Shown piece by piece: positions 1 through 7,115 of a stretch of 32,000 bases of DNA. Position 1 is the first letter of the stretch, and each line of letters begins with the position of its first letter. The translations under genes and the position numbers were made by a program. Source of the stretch: Ktedonobacterales bacterium (GTDB lineage: Bacteria > Chloroflexota > Ktedonobacteria > Ktedonobacterales > JADMIN01); the NCBI GenBank assembly GCA_030167145.1, contig CP126532.1, positions 4,980,001-5,012,000 on the forward strand. The letters are read 5' to 3'. The notes beneath the pieces are model-generated. The model had not been told where the DNA came from. It was given only the letters and a program-made list of their open reading frames with translations, and searched no databases.

Positions 1-355
1 CTCGTTCACCTATCTTGGACACGCACTAGGGCTGCCTTCTCATGTGCTTTGGCGAGTCTGGCAGGGTATAGATAAGCTGGCCATTTAGCTAGCGTATAGA
101 TATAGGTGTACAGAAATGCAATGCTAGGTGATGCCATGTAGTACCCACCCTATGGCATCGTTCTCTAGCTTCTCGCATGGGGGCGTGTAGCCCCTGCAAC
201 GGGCTTCCCCACCGTGCCCGCTCATGCATCTTTGCTTGCTCTTCGTATCTACTTGCACCCCACCCCCTCGCTAGTCCGTTGCTCACCCCTCGCTCACCCC
301 CACAGCCGCACCCCCAGCAGCGCCCGCTACCACCCCACCTGCTCCACCTGAGCGC

Positions 356-1237
356 TCAAAGGCGCTTTTCGAACCAATGATGGGCGTAGGGCTCGGCGTT
401 AAAGGCCGCGACCTCTTCGTATCCGGCCCGCCGATAGAGCGCGATAGCCTCGGTGAGCGCACGATTGGTCTCCAGGCGCAGCACGCTGACCCCAGCCTCG
501 CGCGCAGCATGCTCCAATGCAGCGAGGAGGCGCTGTCCCAGCCCGAGGCCGCGCACCTGTGGCGCCACCCACATCCGCTTCAGCTCTGCCGGGGCATGCG
601 CGTGGAACTTCACGGCGCCACACCCCACCGGCGCCTCGCGCATGTGGGCCACGAGGAGGATCCCGGCGGGCGGCGTGAGTTCGTGCGGCTGGGCAGAGAT
701 GCTGCGGGCCGGATCCCACCCCGCGTCGAAGCGCTCGTTGAGTTCCGCGGCGTACTGCTCCAAGCACCACCGGGCATCCGCACTGGTCGGATCGCTGACG
801 GCGATGCGCACCAGCGAGGCCAGCAGCAGCCGTTCCACCTCCGCCATCGCCGCAGCCAGCCGGACCTGTTGGCGCACGCTCAGCGGCTCGAGCAGGGCCT
901 GGGCGAACGCGTCGGCGCGCTGATCCAACTCGGCACGCTCCGCCAGCCCCGCCGCAGTGAGCCGCACCCGCCGCACCCGCCGATCCTCCCGGCTCGCCTC
1001 GACCACCACCAAGCCCTGCCGCTGCAACGACCGCAGCAGGCGGCTGACATAGGCGGAATCGAGCGCCAGGCGGCCACGCACCTCGCGAATCTCGGCCCCC
1101 ACGCCCCCAATCTCCCAGAGCAGCCGCGCTTCGCCCAGCGCATGCGCACGGCCCAGGAAATGGTCATGCAACGCGCCGACCCGCTCGGTGACGGTGCGGT
1201 TGAAGCTGCGGACGCGCTCAACCAGGGTCCTCTCCAT
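356..1237 (-). CDS. MarR-type winged-HTH regulator fused to a C-terminal GNAT N-acetyltransferase domain
   Basis: 293-aa ORF. The N-terminal half (VRSFNRTVTERV...ARLLWEIG...SAYVSRLLRSLQRQGLV) looks like a MarR wHTH. The C-terminal half (LKRMWVAPQVRGLGLGQRLLAALE...AIALYRRAGY) carries GNAT motif A. A GGAGG SD (complement of 1245-1249) lies 7 nt upstream of the ATG at 1237. Confidence 0.85.
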   Translation of the reverse strand: MERTLVERVRSFNRTVTERVGALHDHFLGRAHALGEARLLWEIGGVGAEIREVRGRLALDSAYVSRLLRSLQRQGLVVVEASREDRRVRRVRLTAAGLAERAELDQRADAFAQALLEPLSVRQQVRLAAAMAEVERLLLASLVRIAVSDPTSADARWCLEQYAAELNERFDAGWDPARSISAQPHELTPPAGILLVAHMREAPVGCGAVKFHAHAPAELKRMWVAPQVRGLGLGQRLLAALEHAAREAGVSVLRLETNRALTEAIALYRRAGYEEVAAFNAEPYAHHWFEKRL

Positions 1238-1253
1238 CGTGAGACCTCCTTCG

Positions 1254-1301
1254 TCGCTCTATCGCTCTATCGCTCTATCGCTCTCTCGCCCTATCGCACG
1301 A
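1254..1301. repeat. 8-bp tandem repeat TCGCTCTA, 3 perfect plus 3 degenerate copies
   Basis: Read directly: tcgctcta x3, then tcgctctc, tcgcccta, tcgcacga. It starts 17 nt upstream of the MarR-GNAT start codon, so it lies in that gene's leader/promoter. Confidence 0.9.
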
Positions 1302-1402
1302 TCGATCAGGTCGGCGCGACGCACCTCGCCACGCATTCTCTGACTATAGTCAGACAATGCGCTCTGCGACAAGGGCACATCCCGCATGCCTGGTGCTGCC
1401 CG

Positions 1403-1444
1403 CACATGCCGTATGCACATGCCGTATGCACATGCCGTATGCAC
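1403..1444. repeat. 13-bp tandem repeat CACATGCCGTATG x3 plus a partial copy
   Basis: Perfect copies at 1403-1415, 1416-1428 and 1429-1441, followed by a partial 'cac'. Confidence 0.95.
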
Positions 1445-1485
1445 CGCAGAACAGCAGCTGGGCCACCCCTGCGCTGGTGAAGACG

Positions 1486-1518
1486 CACCACCAGCACACC
1501 ACCAGCACACCACCAGCA
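1486..1518. repeat. 11-bp tandem repeat CACCACCAGCA x3
   Basis: Perfect copies at 1486-1496, 1497-1507 and 1508-1518. Confidence 0.95.
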
Positions 1519-1558
1519 GATACCGTGCGTCTCCTAACGCTGCGGCCAGTTCTCCTCA

Positions 1559-1597
1559 CACCCCTTGCTCGCACCCCTTGCTCGCACCCCTTGCTCA
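1559..1597. repeat. 13-bp tandem repeat CACCCCTTGCTCG x3
   Basis: Copies at 1559-1571, 1572-1584 and 1585-1597; the last base of the third copy is a instead of g. Confidence 0.95.
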
Positions 1598-1618
1598 CAT
1601 CATTCCCGATGCGCCCGG

Positions 1619-1684
1619 CCCCACATCAGCCCCACATCAGCCCCACATCAGCCCCACATCAGCCCCACATCAGCCCCACATCAG
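1619..1684. repeat. 11-bp tandem repeat CCCCACATCAG x6 (G4-motif on the - strand)
   Basis: Six perfect copies. The complement reads (CTGATGTGGGG)6, i.e. GGGG tracts separated by 7-nt loops. Confidence 0.97.
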
Positions 1685-1728
1685 CCACGCCCGCTCCACC
1701 CGCCCCAGCACCTCCACCACCCGCGCCC

Positions 1729-2121
1729 TCAGTCATAGACCGTATCCAGCACCCACACCTCCCGCGCCGCATCCTCATACACGTCGCAAATCAACCCCTC
1801 CACCCCACCTCCGTACCCCTCGCACCGCACCCGCCAGTACGTCCGCTCGCTCGCACCCCAGCTCGCCCCACCGAGCCGTCGTCCTTGCCTGTGTCCTTGT
1901 CCTGGTCCTGGCTGCGGTTGTTCCCCTGGCAACAGCGCATCCGAAAGTGGCGGCAATTCCTCCCACCACAGATCCCGCAGCCGCCACGTGCTCAGCACCT
2001 CCGCCACCCTGTACTCCCGCCCACGCCACACCAGCCGCTCCGGCCTCATCTCGCCCGCAGCAGCGCCATTTGCCGTCGCGCTCACCGTCACCGCAATCGT
2101 CTGTAAATACACATGCCCCAT
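1729..2121 (-). CDS. Small conserved protein resembling the C-terminal module of ImuB / DUF6504-type proteins
   Basis: 130-aa ORF. The motif pattern RPERLVWRGREYRVAEVLSTWRLRDLWWEE ... RTYWRVRCEG ... VYEDAAREVWVLDTVYD matches my recollection of the 'P-x-R-x-x-W-x-G-R ... WW ... R-x-Y-W-R-V ... W-x-L ... D' signature. The family name is from memory and is not a search result. Confidence 0.6.
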   Translation of the reverse strand: MGHVYLQTIAVTVSATANGAAAGEMRPERLVWRGREYRVAEVLSTWRLRDLWWEELPPLSDALLPGEQPQPGPGQGHRQGRRLGGASWGASERTYWRVRCEGYGGGVEGLICDVYEDAAREVWVLDTVYD

Positions 2122-2170
2122 CGCATCGCTCGCTCCCGCATTGTCCTCGCCTCAGCGCCATCTCTGCGCC

Positions 2171-2196
2171 ATCAGATCGTCACATCAGATCGTCAC
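2171..2196. repeat. 13-bp tandem repeat ATCAGATCGTCAC x2
   Basis: Perfect copies at 2171-2183 and 2184-2196, inside the presumed 5' leader of the 1729-2121 gene. Confidence 0.9.
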
Positions 2197-2231
2197 CACC
2201 AGCGCCAATCGCAGCCACCTTCCACCAACCA

Positions 2232-2277
2232 AGAACACGTGTTCTACGTTATGCGGAAGCGCACCCCCTCCTGTCAA
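2232..2277 (-). promoter_or_regulatory. Candidate sigma-70 promoter (TTGACA-18 nt-CATAAC) with an abutting LexA/Cheo-type SOS box AGAACACGTGTTCT
   Basis: On the - strand: -35 TTGACA (complement of 2272-2277), an 18-nt spacer, -10 CATAAC (complement of 2248-2253), then 2 nt later a perfect 14-bp palindrome AGAAC-ACGT-GTTCT (2232-2245). This lies 111-156 nt upstream of the ATG at 2121. Confidence 0.45.
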
Positions 2278-2350
2278 CAGAGGGGCAGCGTCCTGGCCGC
2301 CCCCATCTCCATCTCCCACCACATCCGTGACGACCTCTGACCATCCTTGT

Positions 2351-2400
2351 CCGCATCTGACCGCATCTGACCGCATCTGACCGCATCTGACCGCATCTGA
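2351..2400. repeat. 10-bp tandem repeat CCGCATCTGA x5 (extra isolated copy at 2451-2460)
   Basis: Five perfect copies fill 2351-2400 exactly. The same decamer recurs once at 2451-2460. Confidence 0.97.
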
Positions 2401-2679
2401 CCGTCCATGCCCGTCTGCACCCTGCGCTCGTTCCTACCCACTCCGCTGTGCCGCATCTGACGCACATAGTACCTCCTCAGCACAAGCCTGCAAAACTCTG
2501 ACGCACACCCGGAACGTGATTGCCTCTTGACAGGCTTGCTATACTCATACCATCGAGTAGACAGTATCGAGACCCCTCCTCGGACGCTCAGTAATTCGTT
2601 GACTTCGTTTGCTTCTTTGCCTTCGTTGGTGTGGTGTATGAAGTAGTCTCTTCCGTAGCGTGTTCACGTCAAACGTGCG

Positions 2680-5649
2680 GTGCATCATCTAGAGCGACAG
2701 GCTGCTAGAAAGTGCAGGCAAACCATGGCGATGCGGGAGTCGGCGGCAGACGGGCGGACGTCACGGCAAGTAAACGCGAGCAGCGATGGAATGAGCGACG
2801 CGAGCAGCCGTGGTCAGCAGGGCCAGTATACGGGTGTCGTGCTGATTCACGGCCTCGGTCCAATCCGGCGCAATGGCATGCTGGAGCAATCCCTGAACGC
2901 CCTGAGCTACTGGTTCAACCATACGGCCCAACTTGCCGTGCGCCCTGAGGGTCCAGGGCGTATCTGGCTCGCTCCTGAACTCACTGACGACCCTGATCCC
3001 GATCAGCCCGCCTCACGGGCAAGCGTCGAACTGGTCGCGCCTGACTCGCCCGATTCCCTGCCGAGCGGCGCTGCTGGCGTGCGGCTGGAGTTCCGCGAGG
3101 TGTGGTGGGCAGAGTCGTTTGGCCTGCCCGACATCGGCGCCACCATCGCCTGGGCGCGGCTTCAGTGGCGCGAGCAGGCCGCACACCTGCTGATTCCCAT
3201 CGGCAAGCTCGTCGGACCCTCGAAGACCGCCGCGCGCACGCCTGCACGCCAGACTCCCCAGGCGCTTACCTATCGCCCGGCACATGACACCACCGGACGC
3301 GACAGTCACGGCGCCACCAGAGCTGCCTCCCGATCCGCCACCGGAGCCGCGGCACAGCCTGCTCCCCCCAACCAAATGGGCCGGCCGATGCGTGCGGCGC
3401 TACGCACGCTGCTCTGGTTGTACGACCTCTACCAATACCTCTGGAAAGGCGTACAATGGCTGTTCCTCACACCCGTCATCACCCTGCTGTTGATCGTGAT
3501 GGGCATCGTGCGCGTGCTGGCGGTTCTGCCCTTCTTGCGCCCGGCGATCATCGCTACCTTCCAAGCAATCACCAACAACATCATGCTGCACTGGGTCTCC
3601 GAGATCAAGGTCTACCTGACCGACTACACCCGCGCCTCGGCCATCCGACAACGCTTCGCACGCGAAGTGGAAGAACTCCTGCGCGACCTACACTGTGACC
3701 GCGTCGTCGTGATCGCCGAGTCAGGGGGCACCTACATCGCCTATGAAGGGTTGACGACCCTCCTGGCGAAACCGGACCTGCCACTCGACGACCAGGGCCA
3801 GCCCAAGCCCGTAACCTTCGTCAGCATCGCCACCGCGCTGCGTCGCATCTGGCTGCTCGCCGCGGCCGATCCCCATCGGGTCCATGGCGTCCTGCCTCAA
3901 CATGTCAAATGGATGCACTTCTGGGCACGCTACGACCCAGTCGCAGCCGGTCCACTCACCACGGACTCGCTTCCCCCGATCACCACCTGGGACGATCCGA
4001 CCGACCCGAACCCCTATGATCGGATCCGCACTTCACTAGCGCACTGCGAGAACGTAGCCGTCGTCAACACCGACAGCACCTTCACTGACCACGTGAGCTA
4101 CTGGGATAACCTGGAGCAGGTCGTAGGGCCGATTGCGTATGAGTTGGTGGCAGGCCATCCCGCCTTGGAGCAGGTCGTGCAGGACCACCTCGCCTCGCGA
4201 GATGACGTACTGCTGCGCCGCTGGAGCGTGGCCTGGCGCTATACACTGGCCTTCGCAGCCAGCGTCGCCGCTGGACTCGGTCTCCTGGTATGGGCAGTTC
4301 AGCACCCAGCATTTGGCGACACCCTGACGAGCCTCTTGCGGCGCGTCGACTGGGGTGGCCTCGTCGGCTCCGTGTGCGCACCCTGCAAGGCAGTGGTCGG
4401 CAATCCTGGTCCACCACTGCCGCCAAACCCCACCGTCGAACAGTTCGGCTTTTACGCCCGCGCGCAAGCCGTAACCTATCTGTTCACACAGTACGTGACG
4501 ATCCAGGCTCTCGTTGTCGGAGCCATCGCCGTGGCGGTGATGGCATTGACGCATGTGCTGGTTGGGCGGCTGGCGGCGAAGCAGACCTTCGTTGCGTTTC
4601 CCGACTTCCATCCCCCTGCCATGCTGCGCCTGGGCGGGCTGTTTGCAACCTCCGCCATCGGGGTGGGACTGATATTTCTCGCGTCCCTCATTTTCAGCAG
4701 ATACGTGCATCAGCGCGTGAGTCTCGCAGCCCTTCCCAATGACCCGCTGGTGTTCGCCTACATCTGGGCACTGGGGCTCGGTGAGCTTATCTATACCGTA
4801 TCCTTTGTCGCGACGCTAGTCGTCACCTTCCAGCAGCGACAATGGGGTTGGCTCGTCGGCGTGCTTCTCAGCCTCACCCTCCTCACCACCTTCGACCCGT
4901 TCTATCGCACTGCCCTGCTCGCCGTCGCCGTGGTCGGCTGTCTCGTCTGCCTGACCCAATCGCCCCGACCCTCTGGCGCCAGCGGAAAGATCATCCTCGC
5001 AGCCCTGGCGCTCATGTCCGCCAATGCGGGCATTGGCGTGACGCTGGCCGATTTCAAGGTCCTGAGTACGCCGCTGCTCGGTGCGGGCGTCTTCGTGGAG
5101 TACCTCCTGCCCCCGCTGATCTACGCCCTCTGGTCAGGCAGGTTAGCCAGCGCACACGTCAGCGACCATCTGATCGGTGTCAGCATCTGGCGGCGCACGG
5201 TTCTCGGCCTGGCGCCAGTGTACCTGGGTCTCGCCACCCTGCTTGCGGTGCCATACATCATCAATCGGCAGCTCTACACCTGGCTGTACAGCCACACGCA
5301 GTTCAGCATCTTGTCATTGCACGACTTCCTGGGCGCCGGAGCATCGTCCACCCTCACCCTACGAGCGTTCGGAGTGACGCTCGCCGTGTTCCTTGGCGCC
5401 ACTATGCTGCTGCTCAGCATGGCCGATGCGCTGCGGCAGCGGCGGTGGGCCTGGCTGCTGGGCATTCCGCTCTTGTTCGCCGGGCTGGCCATCGGATTCG
5501 ATACGCTCGCGCAGTTGGGAGTCAAGTCCACCGTACCTGAGGCAGGCCTCGTGCTCTCGTTCGCGCTCGCTGCGGCGGCCCTGATGTATGCGCTCTGGGC
5601 CGGGCCGACGAAATGGCGAGGTGCGCCCAAACCCATCAAGCCCGTATAG
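2680..5649 (+). CDS. Large polytopic membrane protein with an N-terminal alpha/beta-hydrolase-like domain
   Basis: 989-aa ORF; the start is uncertain (GTG 2680, ATG 2725 or ATG 2791). It has VVLIHGLG (oxyanion HG), VVVIAESGGTYIAYEG (AxSxG nucleophile elbow, Ser codon 3721-3723), WARYDPVA and FTDHVSYW as candidate Asp/His, and more than 12 hydrophobic helices from about residue 520 to the C-terminus. Confidence 0.8.
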   Translation: MHHLERQAARKCRQTMAMRESAADGRTSRQVNASSDGMSDASSRGQQGQYTGVVLIHGLGPIRRNGMLEQSLNALSYWFNHTAQLAVRPEGPGRIWLAPELTDDPDPDQPASRASVELVAPDSPDSLPSGAAGVRLEFREVWWAESFGLPDIGATIAWARLQWREQAAHLLIPIGKLVGPSKTAARTPARQTPQALTYRPAHDTTGRDSHGATRAASRSATGAAAQPAPPNQMGRPMRAALRTLLWLYDLYQYLWKGVQWLFLTPVITLLLIVMGIVRVLAVLPFLRPAIIATFQAITNNIMLHWVSEIKVYLTDYTRASAIRQRFAREVEELLRDLHCDRVVVIAESGGTYIAYEGLTTLLAKPDLPLDDQGQPKPVTFVSIATALRRIWLLAAADPHRVHGVLPQHVKWMHFWARYDPVAAGPLTTDSLPPITTWDDPTDPNPYDRIRTSLAHCENVAVVNTDSTFTDHVSYWDNLEQVVGPIAYELVAGHPALEQVVQDHLASRDDVLLRRWSVAWRYTLAFAASVAAGLGLLVWAVQHPAFGDTLTSLLRRVDWGGLVGSVCAPCKAVVGNPGPPLPPNPTVEQFGFYARAQAVTYLFTQYVTIQALVVGAIAVAVMALTHVLVGRLAAKQTFVAFPDFHPPAMLRLGGLFATSAIGVGLIFLASLIFSRYVHQRVSLAALPNDPLVFAYIWALGLGELIYTVSFVATLVVTFQQRQWGWLVGVLLSLTLLTTFDPFYRTALLAVAVVGCLVCLTQSPRPSGASGKIILAALALMSANAGIGVTLADFKVLSTPLLGAGVFVEYLLPPLIYALWSGRLASAHVSDHLIGVSIWRRTVLGLAPVYLGLATLLAVPYIINRQLYTWLYSHTQFSILSLHDFLGAGASSTLTLRAFGVTLAVFLGATMLLLSMADALRQRRWAWLLGIPLLFAGLAIGFDTLAQLGVKSTVPEAGLVLSFALAAAALMYALWAGPTKWRGAPKPIKPV

Positions 5650-5837
5650 CAGCCCGTATAGCAGCATAGGTACAGATCAGCGTGCTACAGCCGCAAGCGA
5701 CGACGTTCCCAGGCTACCCGTCCCTACGAAACGCCGCCGCTTGCCCTGCTTGCCCTTGCGCTAAAACACACTCCCCTGCTCCGCCGCCTCCCCTCTCTCC
5801 CCCGTCCCTGCCCCCCGTGTCGCCCACCGCAACTCCT

Positions 5838-5881
5838 CTCCGTCATCTCTCCGTCATCTCTCCGTCATCTCTCCGTCATCT
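5838..5881. repeat. 11-bp tandem repeat CTCCGTCATCT x4
   Basis: Perfect copies at 5838-5848, 5849-5859, 5860-5870 and 5871-5881. Confidence 0.95.
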
Positions 5882-5970
5882 CCTGCCGCCCCCAAGCGTG
5901 AGCACGCCCTCATCCTACAGCAGCAGCTGTGGTAGGATTGAGCGGACGCTGAGACCTGTAGAGCCCAAAG

Positions 5971-5990
5971 TGGGGGAACGTGGGGGAACG
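5971..5990. repeat. 10-bp tandem duplication TGGGGGAACG x2
   Basis: Copies at 5971-5980 and 5981-5990, ending 2 nt before the methyltransferase GTG start. The duplicated unit contains the purine-rich SD-like GGGGGAA. Confidence 0.9.
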
Positions 5991-5992
5991 GA

Positions 5993-6655
5993 GTGGATCA
6001 ACACATTCTTGACGAACAACTGACCTACTACCGAAAGATGGCTCAGGAATACGACACAACCAATGGCCAAACCGACGATCTGCAACGGGCATTTGCACGA
6101 GCCAGCGAGCTCCTGCAGCAACTCGCACCAGTGGAGCAGATGCTCGAACTGGCCTGCGGAACGGGCATCTGGACGCGTACGCTGCTCCCACTTGGCCGTG
6201 CATTGACCGCGATCGACGCCTCTCCAGAGATGCTGGCCTTGGCTCGGCAGAATGTGGGTACGACCGTCCAGTTCGAGCAAGCGGACCTCTTCGCGTGGCA
6301 GCCGCGACAGCAGTACGACTTAGTCTTTTTCGCCAATTGGTTGTCGCATGTGCCTCCGCGACGGCTCAACGCCTTTCTTGATACCATCGCTGGTGCAGTC
6401 CGCCCCGGCGGTTCGGTTGTCATTGTGGACCAGTATGCTCCCATGCCAGAGGATCGCGAGATCAGCGTGCAGACGGAGGACGGGGCCATCTATGCCAAAC
6501 GCTCCTTACGCGACGGTCAAGCGTTCACCATCGTGAAAGTCTTCTACGACCTGCCGATCATCGCGAACCTCCTGGAGGCGCTGGACTTTACGGTCGCGGT
6601 CCATACGCTGGACGACGTCTTCTTCTTCCTCCACGCCCAGCGTCAAGCCACCTGA
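5993..6655 (+). CDS. Class I SAM-dependent methyltransferase
   Basis: 220-aa ORF. It has an N-terminal LDEQLTYYRKMAQEYD, motif I LELACGTGIWT, a post-I IDASPEML, and VFFANWLSHVP. Confidence 0.85.
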   Translation: MDQHILDEQLTYYRKMAQEYDTTNGQTDDLQRAFARASELLQQLAPVEQMLELACGTGIWTRTLLPLGRALTAIDASPEMLALARQNVGTTVQFEQADLFAWQPRQQYDLVFFANWLSHVPPRRLNAFLDTIAGAVRPGGSVVIVDQYAPMPEDREISVQTEDGAIYAKRSLRDGQAFTIVKVFYDLPIIANLLEALDFTVAVHTLDDVFFFLHAQRQAT

Positions 6656-6773
6656 GGCTGGAGATGCACGGTCACCGCTGCATGTCTATCACCACTGCAT
6701 GTATCGACCGTCTCACCAGCTCGTAGCCTGTACGCATAGCCTGAACTGTAGGTCTACCGGCCGCACAGGTCGA

Positions 6774-6851
6774 GCGCCATCTCCTGCGCCATCTCCTGCG
6801 CCATCTCCTGCGCGACCTCTGCCGCCGCCATCGCCGCCTTCTCCGCCTTCT
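6774..6851. repeat. 12-bp tandem repeat GCGCCATCTCCT x3 (plus a degenerate 4th), followed by the 9-bp repeat CCGCCTTCT x2
   Basis: Perfect 12-mers at 6774-6785, 6786-6797 and 6798-6809; CCGCCTTCT at 6834-6842 and 6843-6851. Confidence 0.92.
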
Positions 6852-7115
6852 CGTCGCTCTCCGCCGGGTCCGCAGGCCTCCTGCATCTGCCCCCTATCGT
6901 CGCGCATCGTCTCCCCCCTCTAGTCTCTTGTTGCTGTCATGCTGGTGCAAGGGGGAGCCATAAGGCTCCCCCCACCTCGCCCGAATTCCTCACCCTCGCG
7001 CACACGCGCAGCGCGCCAAACGTGATGCATTCTGACGTGTGCTCGCTTTTCAGTCGCACCCGACCCCGCTCATTTCCTTAGAGCAACTTGCGAGAAGCAA
7101 TGGCAGGCATGGGTT

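Noticed and set aside
1-355. Lower-GC leader-like region with a duplicated GTATAGATA (66-74 and 94-102), and a small hairpin AGCGC-tcaaag-GCGCT-TTTT at ~350-371.
   Set aside because: There is no supported ORF or RNA family. The window edge truncates the context. The hairpin has only a 5-bp stem and overlaps the MarR-GNAT stop codon. The evidence is insufficient to call a promoter, operator or terminator.
377-1480. 367-aa ORF on the + strand, plus several others, antisense to the MarR-GNAT gene.
   Set aside because: This is a typical high-GC shadow ORF, Arg/Pro/Gln/His-rich with no motifs. The opposite strand encodes clear MarR and GNAT signatures.
1357-2380. Overlapping 130-314-aa ORFs on the + strand (1357-2106, 1386-2330, 1988-2380) rich in Pro/His/Thr/Ser/Ala.
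   Set aside because: Their composition is a by-product of C-rich, stop-poor repeat DNA. They overlap one another in different frames and run antisense to the better-supported 1729-2121 gene. They have no SD and no recognisable domains.
6951-6972. Perfect GC-rich hairpin GGGGGAGCC-ataa-GGCTCCCCC in the gap before the IS.
   Set aside because: As a terminator it is unconvincing. It has no U-tract on either strand and lies ~300 nt from the nearest gene end (6655). I keep it only as an unexplained structure. Similar weak hairpins at 11520-11556 and 17499-17525 (between the convergent dapB-like and pepF genes) also lack U-tracts.
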